In this document: in pieces, positions 1 to 8,600 of the stretch
How the letters are laid out: each line of letters opens with the position of its first letter
Numbering within the stretch: position 1 is the stretch's first letter
NCBI GenBank assembly: GCA_038217285.1
Contig: JBBQPO010000141.1
Location: 1 to 15,679 of the forward strand
Direction: 5' to 3'
Length of the DNA stretch: 15,679 nt
Origin: Chthonomonadales bacterium
Lineage (GTDB): Bacteria; Armatimonadota; Chthonomonadetes; Chthonomonadales; Chthonomonadaceae
Translations under genes and position numbers: made by a program
Notes under the pieces: model-generated
Told to the model about the DNA's origin: nothing
Seen by the model: only the letters and a program-made list of their open reading frames with translations
The model's database searches: none

Positions 1-842
1 GAGTGGTGAATGCCGTTCTCGACCTCGTCGATCAGCAGAATGCCGCCCGGAAGCGTCGCCATGTAGGTAATGATGGTCAGCAGCCGGAACATCCCGTCGC
101 CCATATAGGAGATCGGGATCTTGCGCGGCAGGCCGACGTCGCCGTAGACCATCGAGAGATTGCCGGTGGCGATCACGGTGAGCGATTTCAGATCCGGCTC
201 CATGATTCGAAGGAAATCGACCACGACATCCTGCCGACCGACGACGTCCAACTGCCCGAACCGCGTCGCCAACTCGTTCTGGCTTTCCGGAATGCGCGTC
301 CCGATAATGGCGACCAGATGCGGGGAAAAGATATCGATGTTTTCGGCGGTGTACTCGAGGGTGTTACCGCGCAGAGTGATATGCGATACCTGCTCCGGCA
401 GCGTGTCGGTCTGGTAGCGGATATCCAGAGAGGCGGTGATTCCGGCCGGGGTATCGGTCTGAATGAGGGCCGTTCGGCTGCCCTGCGTCGGCGGTTCGGC
501 GGAGATCGTCTGCTGGCTATAGTTCGGGTTGAAATGGAGGGCCATGCGCTCCGGTCGGCCATTGATGAGGGCGTGCATGCGGATGTCCCGGTTCAGGTCG
601 TAGCCATAGAAAAAGGGCGACCAGACAGACGCAGGATCGAGCGGCAGAGATTCGACATTACGCCAGGCGTACTGCCGCAGCATCATCTGCGGATTGAGGC
701 GGTCGAAAAGCGTGAAGAGGGCTTCGAGAACCGAGGTTTTGCCGGCATTGTTGCGTCCGCCAAGCAGGGTGATTCGGCTCAGGTGCGGCAGGTCGAGCTC
801 CATAAACCCCTTGAAACCGCTGATGTTAAGTGCGTTGATCAT
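1..842 (-). CDS. ABC/AAA-family ATPase (AAA_15/AAA_21-like), partial; 3' end runs off the window
   Basis: Manual translation from the ATG at 842 gives MINALNISGFKGFMELDLPHLSRITLLGGRNNAGKTSVLEAL (Walker A GRNNAGKT). A signature-like MGDGMFR and Walker B/D-loop ILLIDEVENGIHH lie at the window edge. A purine-rich RBS-like AAGGAACAGG precedes the ATG. It is absent from the ORF track because there is no stop codon in the window. Confidence 0.9.
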   Translation of the reverse strand, partial: MINALNISGFKGFMELDLPHLSRITLLGGRNNAGKTSVLEALFTLFDRLNPQMMLRQYAWRNVESLPLDPASVWSPFFYGYDLNRDIRMHALINGRPERMALHFNPNYSQQTISAEPPTQGSRTALIQTDTPAGITASLDIRYQTDTLPEQVSHITLRGNTLEYTAENIDIFSPHLVAIIGTRIPESQNELATRFGQLDVVGRQDVVVDFLRIMEPDLKSLTVIATGNLSMVYGDVGLPRKIPISYMGDGMFRLLTIITYMATLPGGILLIDEVENGIHH

Positions 843-904
843 CCTGTTCCTTGTGTTCCTCTTTCGGCCCAGGTGGGGGCCGCGCGCTCCGTAAGAACCC
901 TCCT

Positions 905-935
905 ATTATACTCCACGCAGCGGTGGAGCAGGCAA
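905..935 (-). promoter_or_regulatory. Possible promoter for the ATPase gene
   Basis: Minus-strand TATAAT at 905-910, about 60 nt upstream of the ATG. The only -35 candidate is a weak TTGCCT (930-935) at 19-nt spacing. An inverted repeat CTCCAC...GTGGAG (911-928) lies in the spacer. Confidence 0.35.
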
Positions 936-1107
936 CTTGTATCGCTTTTGTCAGAGGTTCCGCGACTGCCCAAAAGGGCAGGGAACGGCATACACCCGAG
1001 AATAGGGGCAGGAACTTGGGCCTCGCCTGTCGAATGAAAGCGGCGAACAACGACGTGAATGAACGAGAAGTGCGCAGGGTGATAGGGAAGCTAGAAAGGA
1101 CGATTGA

Positions 1108-2253
1108 TTGATAAGTTCGCGTAGGCTCGCTCGTGAGTGGGCCTTGAAAATACTGTATCAGATGGATGTCGGCAAAGTCGGATTGATCGAGGCGCAGGAA
1201 GCCGCGATGGAGCGGCTGCGTCAGGAGTTCGTTCAGCGCGGTTCCCGAACGGCCAGCGGATCGACGGTCGAGCAGGCCTGCCTGGACTATGCGACCGCCG
1301 TGCTCTGCGATCTGCTGCCCACGCTGACCGTTCCGATGGAGCGCGCCGTCGTCGCCTGCCTGGAGAGCGTATTGATCGAGGCGCCCTACTGGCAGGAGCT
1401 TCGGGTCGAGCGCGCCTTCAAAACGATTCTGCCCGGCGTGCTGCTCAGCCCGCCGCGTCTGCTCATGCCTTCCCCCGATCCGCTCAACGCCGTTCCAACC
1501 GCGCGGCTGACGGCCGCCGAGTGCGCATGGCTGCGTCGGTTCGCCGATGGGTTCCGCAACGTCTTTCCCATGGGCCGACGGGGCGATGAGACAAGCAGTG
1601 CAGGCCAGGACCGCCTTCAAAAACTCCTCGAAGCCGATCTGCGCACCCGCGCCCGCGCCTTCGCGAAAACACTCCGGCAAGAGCAGCCGCTGGGTCTGGC
1701 TCCTGCCGCCTCCGCCGACTGGCTGCTGACGCAGCGTCAGGAGTTTAACGAGGCCGCCGTCGCCCGCTGGGAGAAGGTCGGAGAGATCCTGGCGAAGCAG
1801 ACCGGAGACTGGATGCGAGTCGCGGCGTTCACCGTCAAACTGGTGCAGGGAACGCAGGCGCAGCAGGCCGATATAGACCTGCCCATCGCTGAGCTTGCGA
1901 CTGGCTGGGGACTGGAACGACTGGTTTCGGTGGACCGCAACATCCTGCGCATGGCCGCTTTCGAAATGCTCTTTCTGCCGGCCATCCCGACCAGCGCCTC
2001 GATCAACGAAGCGGTCGAACTGGCAAAAAAATATAGTACGGCGGAGTCGGGGCGCTTCGTCAACGGCGTGCTCGGCGCGCTGGCGACGAAGATCGGGGCC
2101 AAAGCGGAGCCGACGCCGGAAACCGAACCGGCGCTGGGGATCGAGGCGGAAGATACCGCTCTCGATCTGCCCGATATCGCCGATATCGCCGATTTCGCCG
2201 ATTTCGAGGAGAACCAGGAGAACGAAGAGATCGAGGAGGACGAAACGGAATGA
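1108..2253 (+). CDS. nusB: Transcription antitermination factor NusB with a large internal insertion and acidic C-terminal tail
   Basis: The N-terminal RRLAREWALKILYQMD and C-terminal GWGLERLVSVDRNILRMAAFEM...SINEAVELAKKYSTAESGRFVNGVL are NusB motifs. TTG start with AGAAAGGA RBS. The nusB-folD adjacency is a known gene order. Confidence 0.92.
   Translation: MISSRRLAREWALKILYQMDVGKVGLIEAQEAAMERLRQEFVQRGSRTASGSTVEQACLDYATAVLCDLLPTLTVPMERAVVACLESVLIEAPYWQELRVERAFKTILPGVLLSPPRLLMPSPDPLNAVPTARLTAAECAWLRRFADGFRNVFPMGRRGDETSSAGQDRLQKLLEADLRTRARAFAKTLRQEQPLGLAPAASADWLLTQRQEFNEAAVARWEKVGEILAKQTGDWMRVAAFTVKLVQGTQAQQADIDLPIAELATGWGLERLVSVDRNILRMAAFEMLFLPAIPTSASINEAVELAKKYSTAESGRFVNGVLGALATKIGAKAEPTPETEPALGIEAEDTALDLPDIADIADFADFEENQENEEIEEDETE
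2171..2206 (+). repeat. 4 x 9-bp coding tandem repeat (CCGATATCG x2, CCGATTTCG x2)
   Basis: Read directly; encodes the DIADIADFADF stretch in the NusB tail. Confidence 0.85.
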
Positions 2254-3125
2254 ACAGCCGTGATGTACAGACCGCCGTTCTGATGGACGGCATGGCGACC
2301 GCGCGCACCATTCGTGCCGAGATCGCCGCCGGTGTCGCCGCTCTGCGGGCGATGGGACAGCCTGCGCCTCACCTTGCCGCCGTGTTGATCGGGGCGGACC
2401 CTGCCTCGGAAACCTACGTCTCGATGAAGCAGAAAGCCTGCAAATGGGTCGGCATGGAGTCGTCGGTGCATCGGCTTGGGGCCGACTGCACCCAGGCGGA
2501 GGCCGAGGCGCTGGTGGAAGGCCTGAACGCGGACCCTGCCGTCAGCGGCATTCTGGTGCAGCACCCGCTGCCCAAACATCTGCATGAGCCGGCCGTGCTG
2601 GACAAGGTTTCGGCCCACAAGGACATCGACGGCATCAGCCGCATGAGCCTCGGCGGGCTTATCAACGGAGAGCCTGCGTTTCCCTCCTGCACCCCGGCCG
2701 GTATCATCGAACTTCTCGACCGCTACAGCGTACCGATAGAAGGCAAGTCCGCCGTGGTGGTCGGGCGCAGCATCATCCTTGGCAAGCCCGTGGCGATGAT
2801 GCTCCTCAACCGTAATGCGACCGTGACGATCTGCCACTCGCGTACCCCCAATCTGGCCGAGGTGACCCGGCAGGCCGACATTCTCGTCGCTGCGGTCGGC
2901 AGGGCAGAGCTGATTCGGGGCGACATGATCAAACCGGGCGCGGCCGTCCTGGACGCGGGCTACAACCGTGTCGAAGGACGCAGTGGCGATGTGGGCGACG
3001 TCGAGTTCGAGACGGCGAGGGCCGTGGCGGCGTTTATCACGCCCGTGCCCGGCGGCGTCGGGCCGATGACCATCGCGATGCTGCTCCGCAACACGCTGGT
3101 CGCCGCGCAGGGCAGACTCGGGTAG
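2250..3125 (+). CDS. folD: Bifunctional methylenetetrahydrofolate dehydrogenase/cyclohydrolase
   Basis: YVSMKQKAC (YxxxK), GILVQHPLP, KDIDG, PSCTPAG, VVVGRSIILGKP, TVTICHSRT, ITPVPGGVGPMT. ATGA overlap with the nusB stop. Confidence 0.97.
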   Translation: MNSRDVQTAVLMDGMATARTIRAEIAAGVAALRAMGQPAPHLAAVLIGADPASETYVSMKQKACKWVGMESSVHRLGADCTQAEAEALVEGLNADPAVSGILVQHPLPKHLHEPAVLDKVSAHKDIDGISRMSLGGLINGEPAFPSCTPAGIIELLDRYSVPIEGKSAVVVGRSIILGKPVAMMLLNRNATVTICHSRTPNLAEVTRQADILVAAVGRAELIRGDMIKPGAAVLDAGYNRVEGRSGDVGDVEFETARAVAAFITPVPGGVGPMTIAMLLRNTLVAAQGRLG

Positions 3126-3155
3126 GGCACCGCCCGCTTTTTGACGGGCGGCGAC

Positions 3156-3184
3156 TTGACACCAACCCATCCGTCGCCTATAAT
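3156..3184 (+). promoter_or_regulatory. Consensus sigma70/sigmaA promoter
   Basis: TTGACA (3156-3161), 17-nt spacer, TATAAT (3179-3184): a perfect consensus in intergenic GC-rich DNA. Confidence 0.88.
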
Positions 3185-3346
3185 AGAGTGCGGGTTAACT
3201 TTTCCGCATGTCCGTCGTCTAATCTGCAGAGACCCTTTCGCTCTTGAAAGTGAGTCTGGCATTACCGTCTTCTGTTCCGGGGCAGGTGTTGAGAGCCTGC
3301 CGCTTCGACCGGTGTTTGCGCAAGTCGGCCCGTGGGCACGACGCAC

Positions 3347-5962
3347 ATGAACATTCCTTTCAAAACCATATTTCGTTCCCGATCCAGACCCCCCCGATCA
3401 CGCGGCGCGAAGACGCCGGGCGGCGCTCCTGCGCCTGCCCCGCGCCTCGACTGGCCCCGTTTGGGACTGCTGGTATCGACGATCGCCGTTCTTTCGGTCC
3501 TGATGTCCGTGCATCTTCTGCCGGATCGCATCGCTCTGCATCCCGGTGAGATCAGCGACCGCGAAGTGATGGCGCCCCGCAACGCCTACTACGTCAGTAC
3601 GGAGCGCACCGCGCAGGCGCAGCTTGCCGCCCGCCTCGCCACGCGACCGGTCTACGAGTCGGATGAGGGCGCGGCCTACGGGGCCGGGAAGACCGTGCAG
3701 GAGTTTTTCGACCGCATTGAGCGTGAGCGCATGCGTCTGGTCCGCCATACCGGCGCACGACCGAACGGGCTCAAGGTCATGACGCTGACGCAACTGGCCG
3801 ATGAGCTGCAGCCACAGTTCGGCGCGTTCTACACGAAGGAACAGTTGCGTCTGCTGCTCTCGGCCTCTCCCGCGCTTTTTGACAAGATGCACGAAACCGC
3901 CTCCCGCCTGATCGCCGAGGCCGAAGAACGCGAGATACGCGACTACTCCGAGGCGGGCCGACATGCCGACGATCTGCAGCACGTGAGTGACGATGTCTCT
4001 GACGCTGCCCGCGACGCCCTCTCTTCCCCCGAATACTCCGCCATCGTTCACTCTCTTGCGCGTCAGTCCCTTCGCCCCAATCGTCTGCTCAGTCGCCGCA
4101 AGACCGTCGCAGCGCAAGATTCCGCCGCGCGCGCGGTCTCTCCCGTTTCCCGCAACATCGTGCGCGGGGAGCGGATCATCGGGGTCGGCGAGCGGGTGAC
4201 GCCGGAACACCTGGACAAGTTTATCGCCCTCGGCCTCCTTAATCCGCACATGGAGCCGACGACCGGCGCGGCGATCTGCGTTTTGTCGGCGGCGATGGTG
4301 CTGCTCGTCGTCTTCGCCATCCGCCGGACGCTGCCCCGGCTCTACGTGGATCGCCGCCGACTGGCGCTGCTGGCCGCCATCGTGCTGTTGAGCATCCTGG
4401 GCCTCAAGGTCGGCGGCACGATGCTCGGCGTCTCCTTCTCCGCAGGACAGGTCGGCTATCTGGGGCTGATGAGCGTGGCCGCTGCCGGTATGCTCGTCAG
4501 TGTGCTGCTGGATATGCATCTGGCGGTGCTGGTGGTCGCGCTGCTGGCGGTGCAGTCCGGCCTCATCATGAACCACGAGATACGGTTCACCGTCATGACG
4601 CTCCTGAGCAGTCTTGTCGGTATCATGAGCGTGGGGAATGTGCGGCGCAAAACCAACCTGCCAGCTACCACGGCCGCGTTGGCCGGCACCAACCTCTGCC
4701 TCGTCTGGCTGCTTGGCCTGCTGCTCCGCGACCCTCTGCCGGAGCTCTGGAGCGGCTCGGCCTGGGCCGTCGGCTCCGCCGTCTTCGCCGTTTTCCTCTA
4801 CTGGTTCGGCCTGCTCGTGCTCGAACGCCCGTTCGGCATTCTGACGCATACCGCGCTACTGGAGCTCTCCGCCTTTGATCGTCCGCTTTTGAAAGATCTC
4901 TGCACCGTCGCCCCCGGAACCTACGCGCACAGTATCATGGTCGGTACGCTGGCGGAGGCGGGCGCGCAGGCGGTCGGCGCCGACGCCCTGCTTTGTCGCG
5001 TCGCCGGATACTATCACGACATCGGCAAGATGAAAATGCCGGACTTTTTCATCGAGAACCAGCGGCGCGGCGACAACGTCCATGGCCGTCTCAGCGCCTC
5101 GCTCTCGGCCCTGATCATCACAGCCCATGTGCGGGACGGGGTGCAGATGGCACAAGACCATCGCCTGCCTGCAGAGATTCGCGACATCATCGGCCAGCAT
5201 CACGGCACGACCCTCATCAGCTATTTCTATCATCAGGCGCTCGCCGACTGCGGAGGGGAGACGCCGATCGGTCTGGAGGAGCGTTTCCGCTATCCCGGCC
5301 CGAAACCGCAGACCCGCGAGTCCGCCGTCGTCATGATGGCGGACTCGGTGGAAGCCGCCACCCGCAGCCTGGAGAAGCCAAGCCGGGAACGCCTCGAAGC
5401 CGAGGTCGCCCGGATCATTCAGGGCAAGATCGAAGATCATCAACTCGACGAGTGCGACCTGACGTTTCGGGACATCAAGAGCATCGCGGACGCCTTCCTG
5501 CATGTCCTGGCCGCGATGATGCATTCGCGCATCGCCTATCCCGTCCTCACGCCGCAGAACGCTACCGGCCAGCCGATGGAGGTGCGTCGCCCCGACCTCA
5601 ACCCCGAACCGCCGCTGCTCACCCTGCCTTTCATGCCGATCACGAGCGAACTGGCACTGGCGGAAGGCGACAATGGGGGACAGGGAGGCGCGCATGCCTC
5701 CGATCAGCCATTGACCACTCACCGGGTCGTTCGCGCCCTGGGACTCCCCTTCGAAGAGACGCCGACTGAAGGGATCGGGGCGATGGAACTCGAAGCCGGT
5801 GAAACGCACTCCCTTCAGGACTCGGAGAACCCTTATGGCCGTCTTGTTACAGAACGACACGCCGCGCCGGATGCCAACGGCCGGCCTTCGGAAAGCCGCC
5901 CAACGCCTGCTTCGGGAGGAGGGGCCGGCGCGCGCCGAGGTAAGCGTTCTGCTGACCGATGA
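3347..5962 (+). CDS. 7TM-HD (HDIG) membrane phosphohydrolase, PgpH/YqfF-like putative cyclic di-AMP phosphodiesterase
   Basis: One N-terminal TM helix, an extracytoplasmic domain, multiple TM helices, then an HD domain with APGTYAHS, YYHDIGK, IITAHV, HHGT, RYPGPKP and ADSVEAA. It lies upstream of ybeY as in the conserved yqfF-ybeY-dgkA cluster. The start is ATG 3347 or GTG 3332 (uncertain). Confidence 0.9.
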   Translation: MNIPFKTIFRSRSRPPRSRGAKTPGGAPAPAPRLDWPRLGLLVSTIAVLSVLMSVHLLPDRIALHPGEISDREVMAPRNAYYVSTERTAQAQLAARLATRPVYESDEGAAYGAGKTVQEFFDRIERERMRLVRHTGARPNGLKVMTLTQLADELQPQFGAFYTKEQLRLLLSASPALFDKMHETASRLIAEAEEREIRDYSEAGRHADDLQHVSDDVSDAARDALSSPEYSAIVHSLARQSLRPNRLLSRRKTVAAQDSAARAVSPVSRNIVRGERIIGVGERVTPEHLDKFIALGLLNPHMEPTTGAAICVLSAAMVLLVVFAIRRTLPRLYVDRRRLALLAAIVLLSILGLKVGGTMLGVSFSAGQVGYLGLMSVAAAGMLVSVLLDMHLAVLVVALLAVQSGLIMNHEIRFTVMTLLSSLVGIMSVGNVRRKTNLPATTAALAGTNLCLVWLLGLLLRDPLPELWSGSAWAVGSAVFAVFLYWFGLLVLERPFGILTHTALLELSAFDRPLLKDLCTVAPGTYAHSIMVGTLAEAGAQAVGADALLCRVAGYYHDIGKMKMPDFFIENQRRGDNVHGRLSASLSALIITAHVRDGVQMAQDHRLPAEIRDIIGQHHGTTLISYFYHQALADCGGETPIGLEERFRYPGPKPQTRESAVVMMADSVEAATRSLEKPSRERLEAEVARIIQGKIEDHQLDECDLTFRDIKSIADAFLHVLAAMMHSRIAYPVLTPQNATGQPMEVRRPDLNPEPPLLTLPFMPITSELALAEGDNGGQGGAHASDQPLTTHRVVRALGLPFEETPTEGIGAMELEAGETHSLQDSENPYGRLVTERHAAPDANGRPSESRPTPASGGGAGARRGKRSADR

Positions 5963-6308
5963 TCCGACCGTGCATGAGATGAACCGCCTGTATCGCGGCT
6001 ACGACCGACCGACCGATGTGTTGTCGTTCGCCCTGCTGGACCAGATGCCCGAGGCACCGCCGATGCCGCTGGCGCCCGGCCAACCCGTGCTGCTCGGAGA
6101 TGTCATTATCTCCATCGATACGGCGGAACGTCAGGCGAATGCGCTGGGAATCTCCCTGGAACAGGAATTGGCGCTCCTAACGGTGCATGGGATTTTGCAT
6201 CTGCTCGGCTACGAAGACGAGACAGAGGCCGGCGCGGCCCGAATGCGCGTTCGTGAACAGGCCGTTCTGGGCGCCAGTCTCCAGCCTGTGCCGTATACGA
6301 CACCATAG
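5835..6308 (+). CDS. ybeY: rRNA maturation endoribonuclease YbeY
   Basis: MNRLYRGYDRPTDVLSF, LGDVIIS and HGILHLLGY motifs. The ATG at 5835 with GGAG at 5824-5827 is preferred over the ORF-track GTG at 5799. Confidence 0.95.
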   Translation: MAVLLQNDTPRRMPTAGLRKAAQRLLREEGPARAEVSVLLTDDPTVHEMNRLYRGYDRPTDVLSFALLDQMPEAPPMPLAPGQPVLLGDVIISIDTAERQANALGISLEQELALLTVHGILHLLGYEDETEAGAARMRVREQAVLGASLQPVPYTTP

Positions 6309-6328
6309 ACCGTTTGGAAGGAGGCCCT

Positions 6329-7183
6329 TTGCGCCCGCTGTTGCCCTTTAAAAAACGAAATCCGCTGCCAAATTTCCGTTATGCGCAGGAAGGTATTCTT
6401 CATGTCTTCCGAACGCAGCCGCACATGCGCTACCACTTCTATATTCTGGTAGCGGTGCTGCTGTCCGGGCTGTTGCGCAACCTGGATAACAAGGATATGC
6501 TCGCCCTGGTCTTCGCGATCACGCTAGTGATTGTCGCGGAGATGTTCAATACCGCTATCGAACATCTGGTCGATATGGTGACGGAGACCTACAACCCCGT
6601 CGCGAAACTGGCCAAAGATGTCGCGGCAGGCGCGGTCCTGCTGGCGGCAATGAATGCGGTCATTGCTGGCGTTCTCATCTTCTTCAGTCAGGACAAGCTG
6701 GTGAAGATCCAGCAGTCGATGGCGAAGGAGCTGGAACCGGAAGGGCTGCGAGTCGTATTCGTAGGTATCGTACTGTTGGCGCTGGTCGTCGTCATTTCGA
6801 AACTGCTCAGCGATACGGGGTCGCCCTGGCACGGCGGCATTATCAGCGGCCACAGCGCCATCGGTTTTCTGCTTGCGATGGTCATCTGTTTTACGGCAAA
6901 CAACAACATGGTTGCGTTTCTCGCGATCCTGCTGGCGATTCTCGTCGCGCAGAGTCGGGTCGAGGCGGGTGTCCACTCTCTGCAGGAAGTCGTGCTGGGA
7001 GCTATTCTCGCCATTCTATTGACTTCGCTGGTCTACTGGGTCATGCCCTGGGTACGGATCCATCTGGCAAAACCCCCGCCGCCGAAGTCCCATGCCGCCC
7101 TGTCGATACCTTTCCGTTTGGCGGTGCAGGGCGACCCCTGGCGCATCGAGGGAGTTTTACTGATTGGGCACTCACGAACGTAG
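6329..7183 (+). CDS. dgkA: DgkA-type diacylglycerol/undecaprenol kinase fused to a PAP2-like phosphatase domain
   Basis: The N-terminal half has FRYAQEGI, EMFNTAIEHLVD and AKDVAAGAVL (prokaryotic DAGK). The C-terminal half has ISGHSA and SRVEAGVH (PAP2 motifs). The TTG at 6329 follows AAGGAGG; an alternative TTG is at 6314. Confidence 0.88.
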   Translation: MRPLLPFKKRNPLPNFRYAQEGILHVFRTQPHMRYHFYILVAVLLSGLLRNLDNKDMLALVFAITLVIVAEMFNTAIEHLVDMVTETYNPVAKLAKDVAAGAVLLAAMNAVIAGVLIFFSQDKLVKIQQSMAKELEPEGLRVVFVGIVLLALVVVISKLLSDTGSPWHGGIISGHSAIGFLLAMVICFTANNNMVAFLAILLAILVAQSRVEAGVHSLQEVVLGAILAILLTSLVYWVMPWVRIHLAKPPPPKSHAALSIPFRLAVQGDPWRIEGVLLIGHSRT

Positions 7184-8600
7184 TTTCGATTCGCAGCGAT
7201 TCGCCTGGCAGATGGGTCTCGTCTTCGCGCTGATCTGCATCAACGCCTTTCTTTCTCTGGCCGAATACGCCCTGATCACGGTGCGCAAGACGCGCATTCG
7301 GCAGTTGGTCGAAGAGGGCAATCGGGCGGCAATTCTGGTTGAAAAGCTGCTTAGACAGCCGACCCACATGCAGTCCACCATACAGACCGGACTGACGCTG
7401 GTATCGACCCTCGCCGCGATCATCGCGGCTGTCAGTGCGATAGGCCCGCTCGCGCACTGGATCCAACAGCACAGCACCTCCCTTATCGCCGCCAATGCCG
7501 ACGCTATCGCTCTGGCTCTGGTCACAGTGCCGGTTACGATCATCTCGCTGGTCATCGGCGAGATTGCCCCGAAAAGCCTGGCTTTGCGCCATTCGGAACG
7601 ACTCGCGCTCATCGCGGTCTATCCGATCTATGGGCTGAAATTTCTCTTCACGCCGCTTGTCGCGCTCCTGACCTTTCTCTCCAATATCCTTGTGCGCCCC
7701 TTCGGAGGCACCGCCAGTTTCCTCATTCCGGCCGTCAATGAAGAGGAGCTCAAGATGATGGTCGAAGCCAGCGAGGAGAAAGGATTTCTGGAAGCGGAAG
7801 AGACGGAGATGATCCACTCCATCCTCGATTTCGGAGACACGGTCGTGCGGAAGGTGATGACGCCGCGCATCGATATGACCGCGCTGGATGTCAGCGCACC
7901 GCTGCCCGAACTAATCCGCTGCATCACCGAATCAGGGCATTCGCGTATCCCCGTCTACGAGGACGATCTCGATAGCATCGTGGGCATCGTGCATGCCAAA
8001 GACCTGCTCTCGCTGCCCCTCGACACCATGCGCAACAACACTTCGATCCGGAGCGTCATGCGTCCGCCCTACTTCATTCCGGAAACCAAAAAGGGAGACG
8101 AGCTGCTGGCGGAGTTTCAGCGCAGCAAGCAGCAGTTGGCGATAGTTCGGGATGAGTACGGCGTTACCTCCGGCCTGGTCACCATCGAAGACCTCGTGGA
8201 AGAGATCGTAGGCGATATTCAGGACGAGTATGATCAGGAGGAGCCGATGGTGCAGGTGATCGACCGCTACACCACGATTCTGAACGGGAAGATGGGCCTG
8301 CGCGAGGTCAACGACCGCATGGGACTGGAACTGCCCGAGGATGAGGCGGACACCATTGGCGGATTTGTGTTCGGGCTGCTGGGCCATCAGGCCGAACGCG
8401 GCGAACGGGTAGGGTGGCAGAAGCTGGAGTTTATCGTGGAGGCTTCGGACGGGCGGCGCATCACCAAAGTACGTCTCTTGCACCAGGCATTTGGATCTCC
8501 TGTTCCCATCCCCGCTGATCCGACCAAACCGGATACAGAGACGCAGACGCCTTCCCCCGTGGTTCCGACCCGCGATATCGAACGTGCGACACCCTCGTGA
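7164..8600 (+). CDS. HlyC/CorC (CNNM/DUF21-CBS-CorC) family transporter ('hemolysin family')
   Basis: NAFLSLAEYAL, IGEIAPKSLA, VMTPRIDM, GHSRIPVY, DEYGVTSGLVTIEDLVEEIVGDIQDEYD, and the CorC domain TIGGFVF. TTG start after GAGGGAG; an alternative ATG is at 7212. Confidence 0.94.
   Translation: MGTHERSFDSQRFAWQMGLVFALICINAFLSLAEYALITVRKTRIRQLVEEGNRAAILVEKLLRQPTHMQSTIQTGLTLVSTLAAIIAAVSAIGPLAHWIQQHSTSLIAANADAIALALVTVPVTIISLVIGEIAPKSLALRHSERLALIAVYPIYGLKFLFTPLVALLTFLSNILVRPFGGTASFLIPAVNEEELKMMVEASEEKGFLEAEETEMIHSILDFGDTVVRKVMTPRIDMTALDVSAPLPELIRCITESGHSRIPVYEDDLDSIVGIVHAKDLLSLPLDTMRNNTSIRSVMRPPYFIPETKKGDELLAEFQRSKQQLAIVRDEYGVTSGLVTIEDLVEEIVGDIQDEYDQEEPMVQVIDRYTTILNGKMGLREVNDRMGLELPEDEADTIGGFVFGLLGHQAERGERVGWQKLEFIVEASDGRRITKVRLLHQAFGSPVPIPADPTKPDTETQTPSPVVPTRDIERATPS

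Noticed and set aside
3-1037. 344-aa plus-strand ORF
   Set aside because: Antisense shadow of the minus-strand ATPase, which has clear Walker motifs; the translation has no recognisable features.
1279-1821. Intein in NusB (CLDYATAVL resembles an intein N-terminus)
   Set aside because: No block B TxxH and no terminal HN followed by C/S/T; the insert looks helical rather than like a beta-rich HINT domain.
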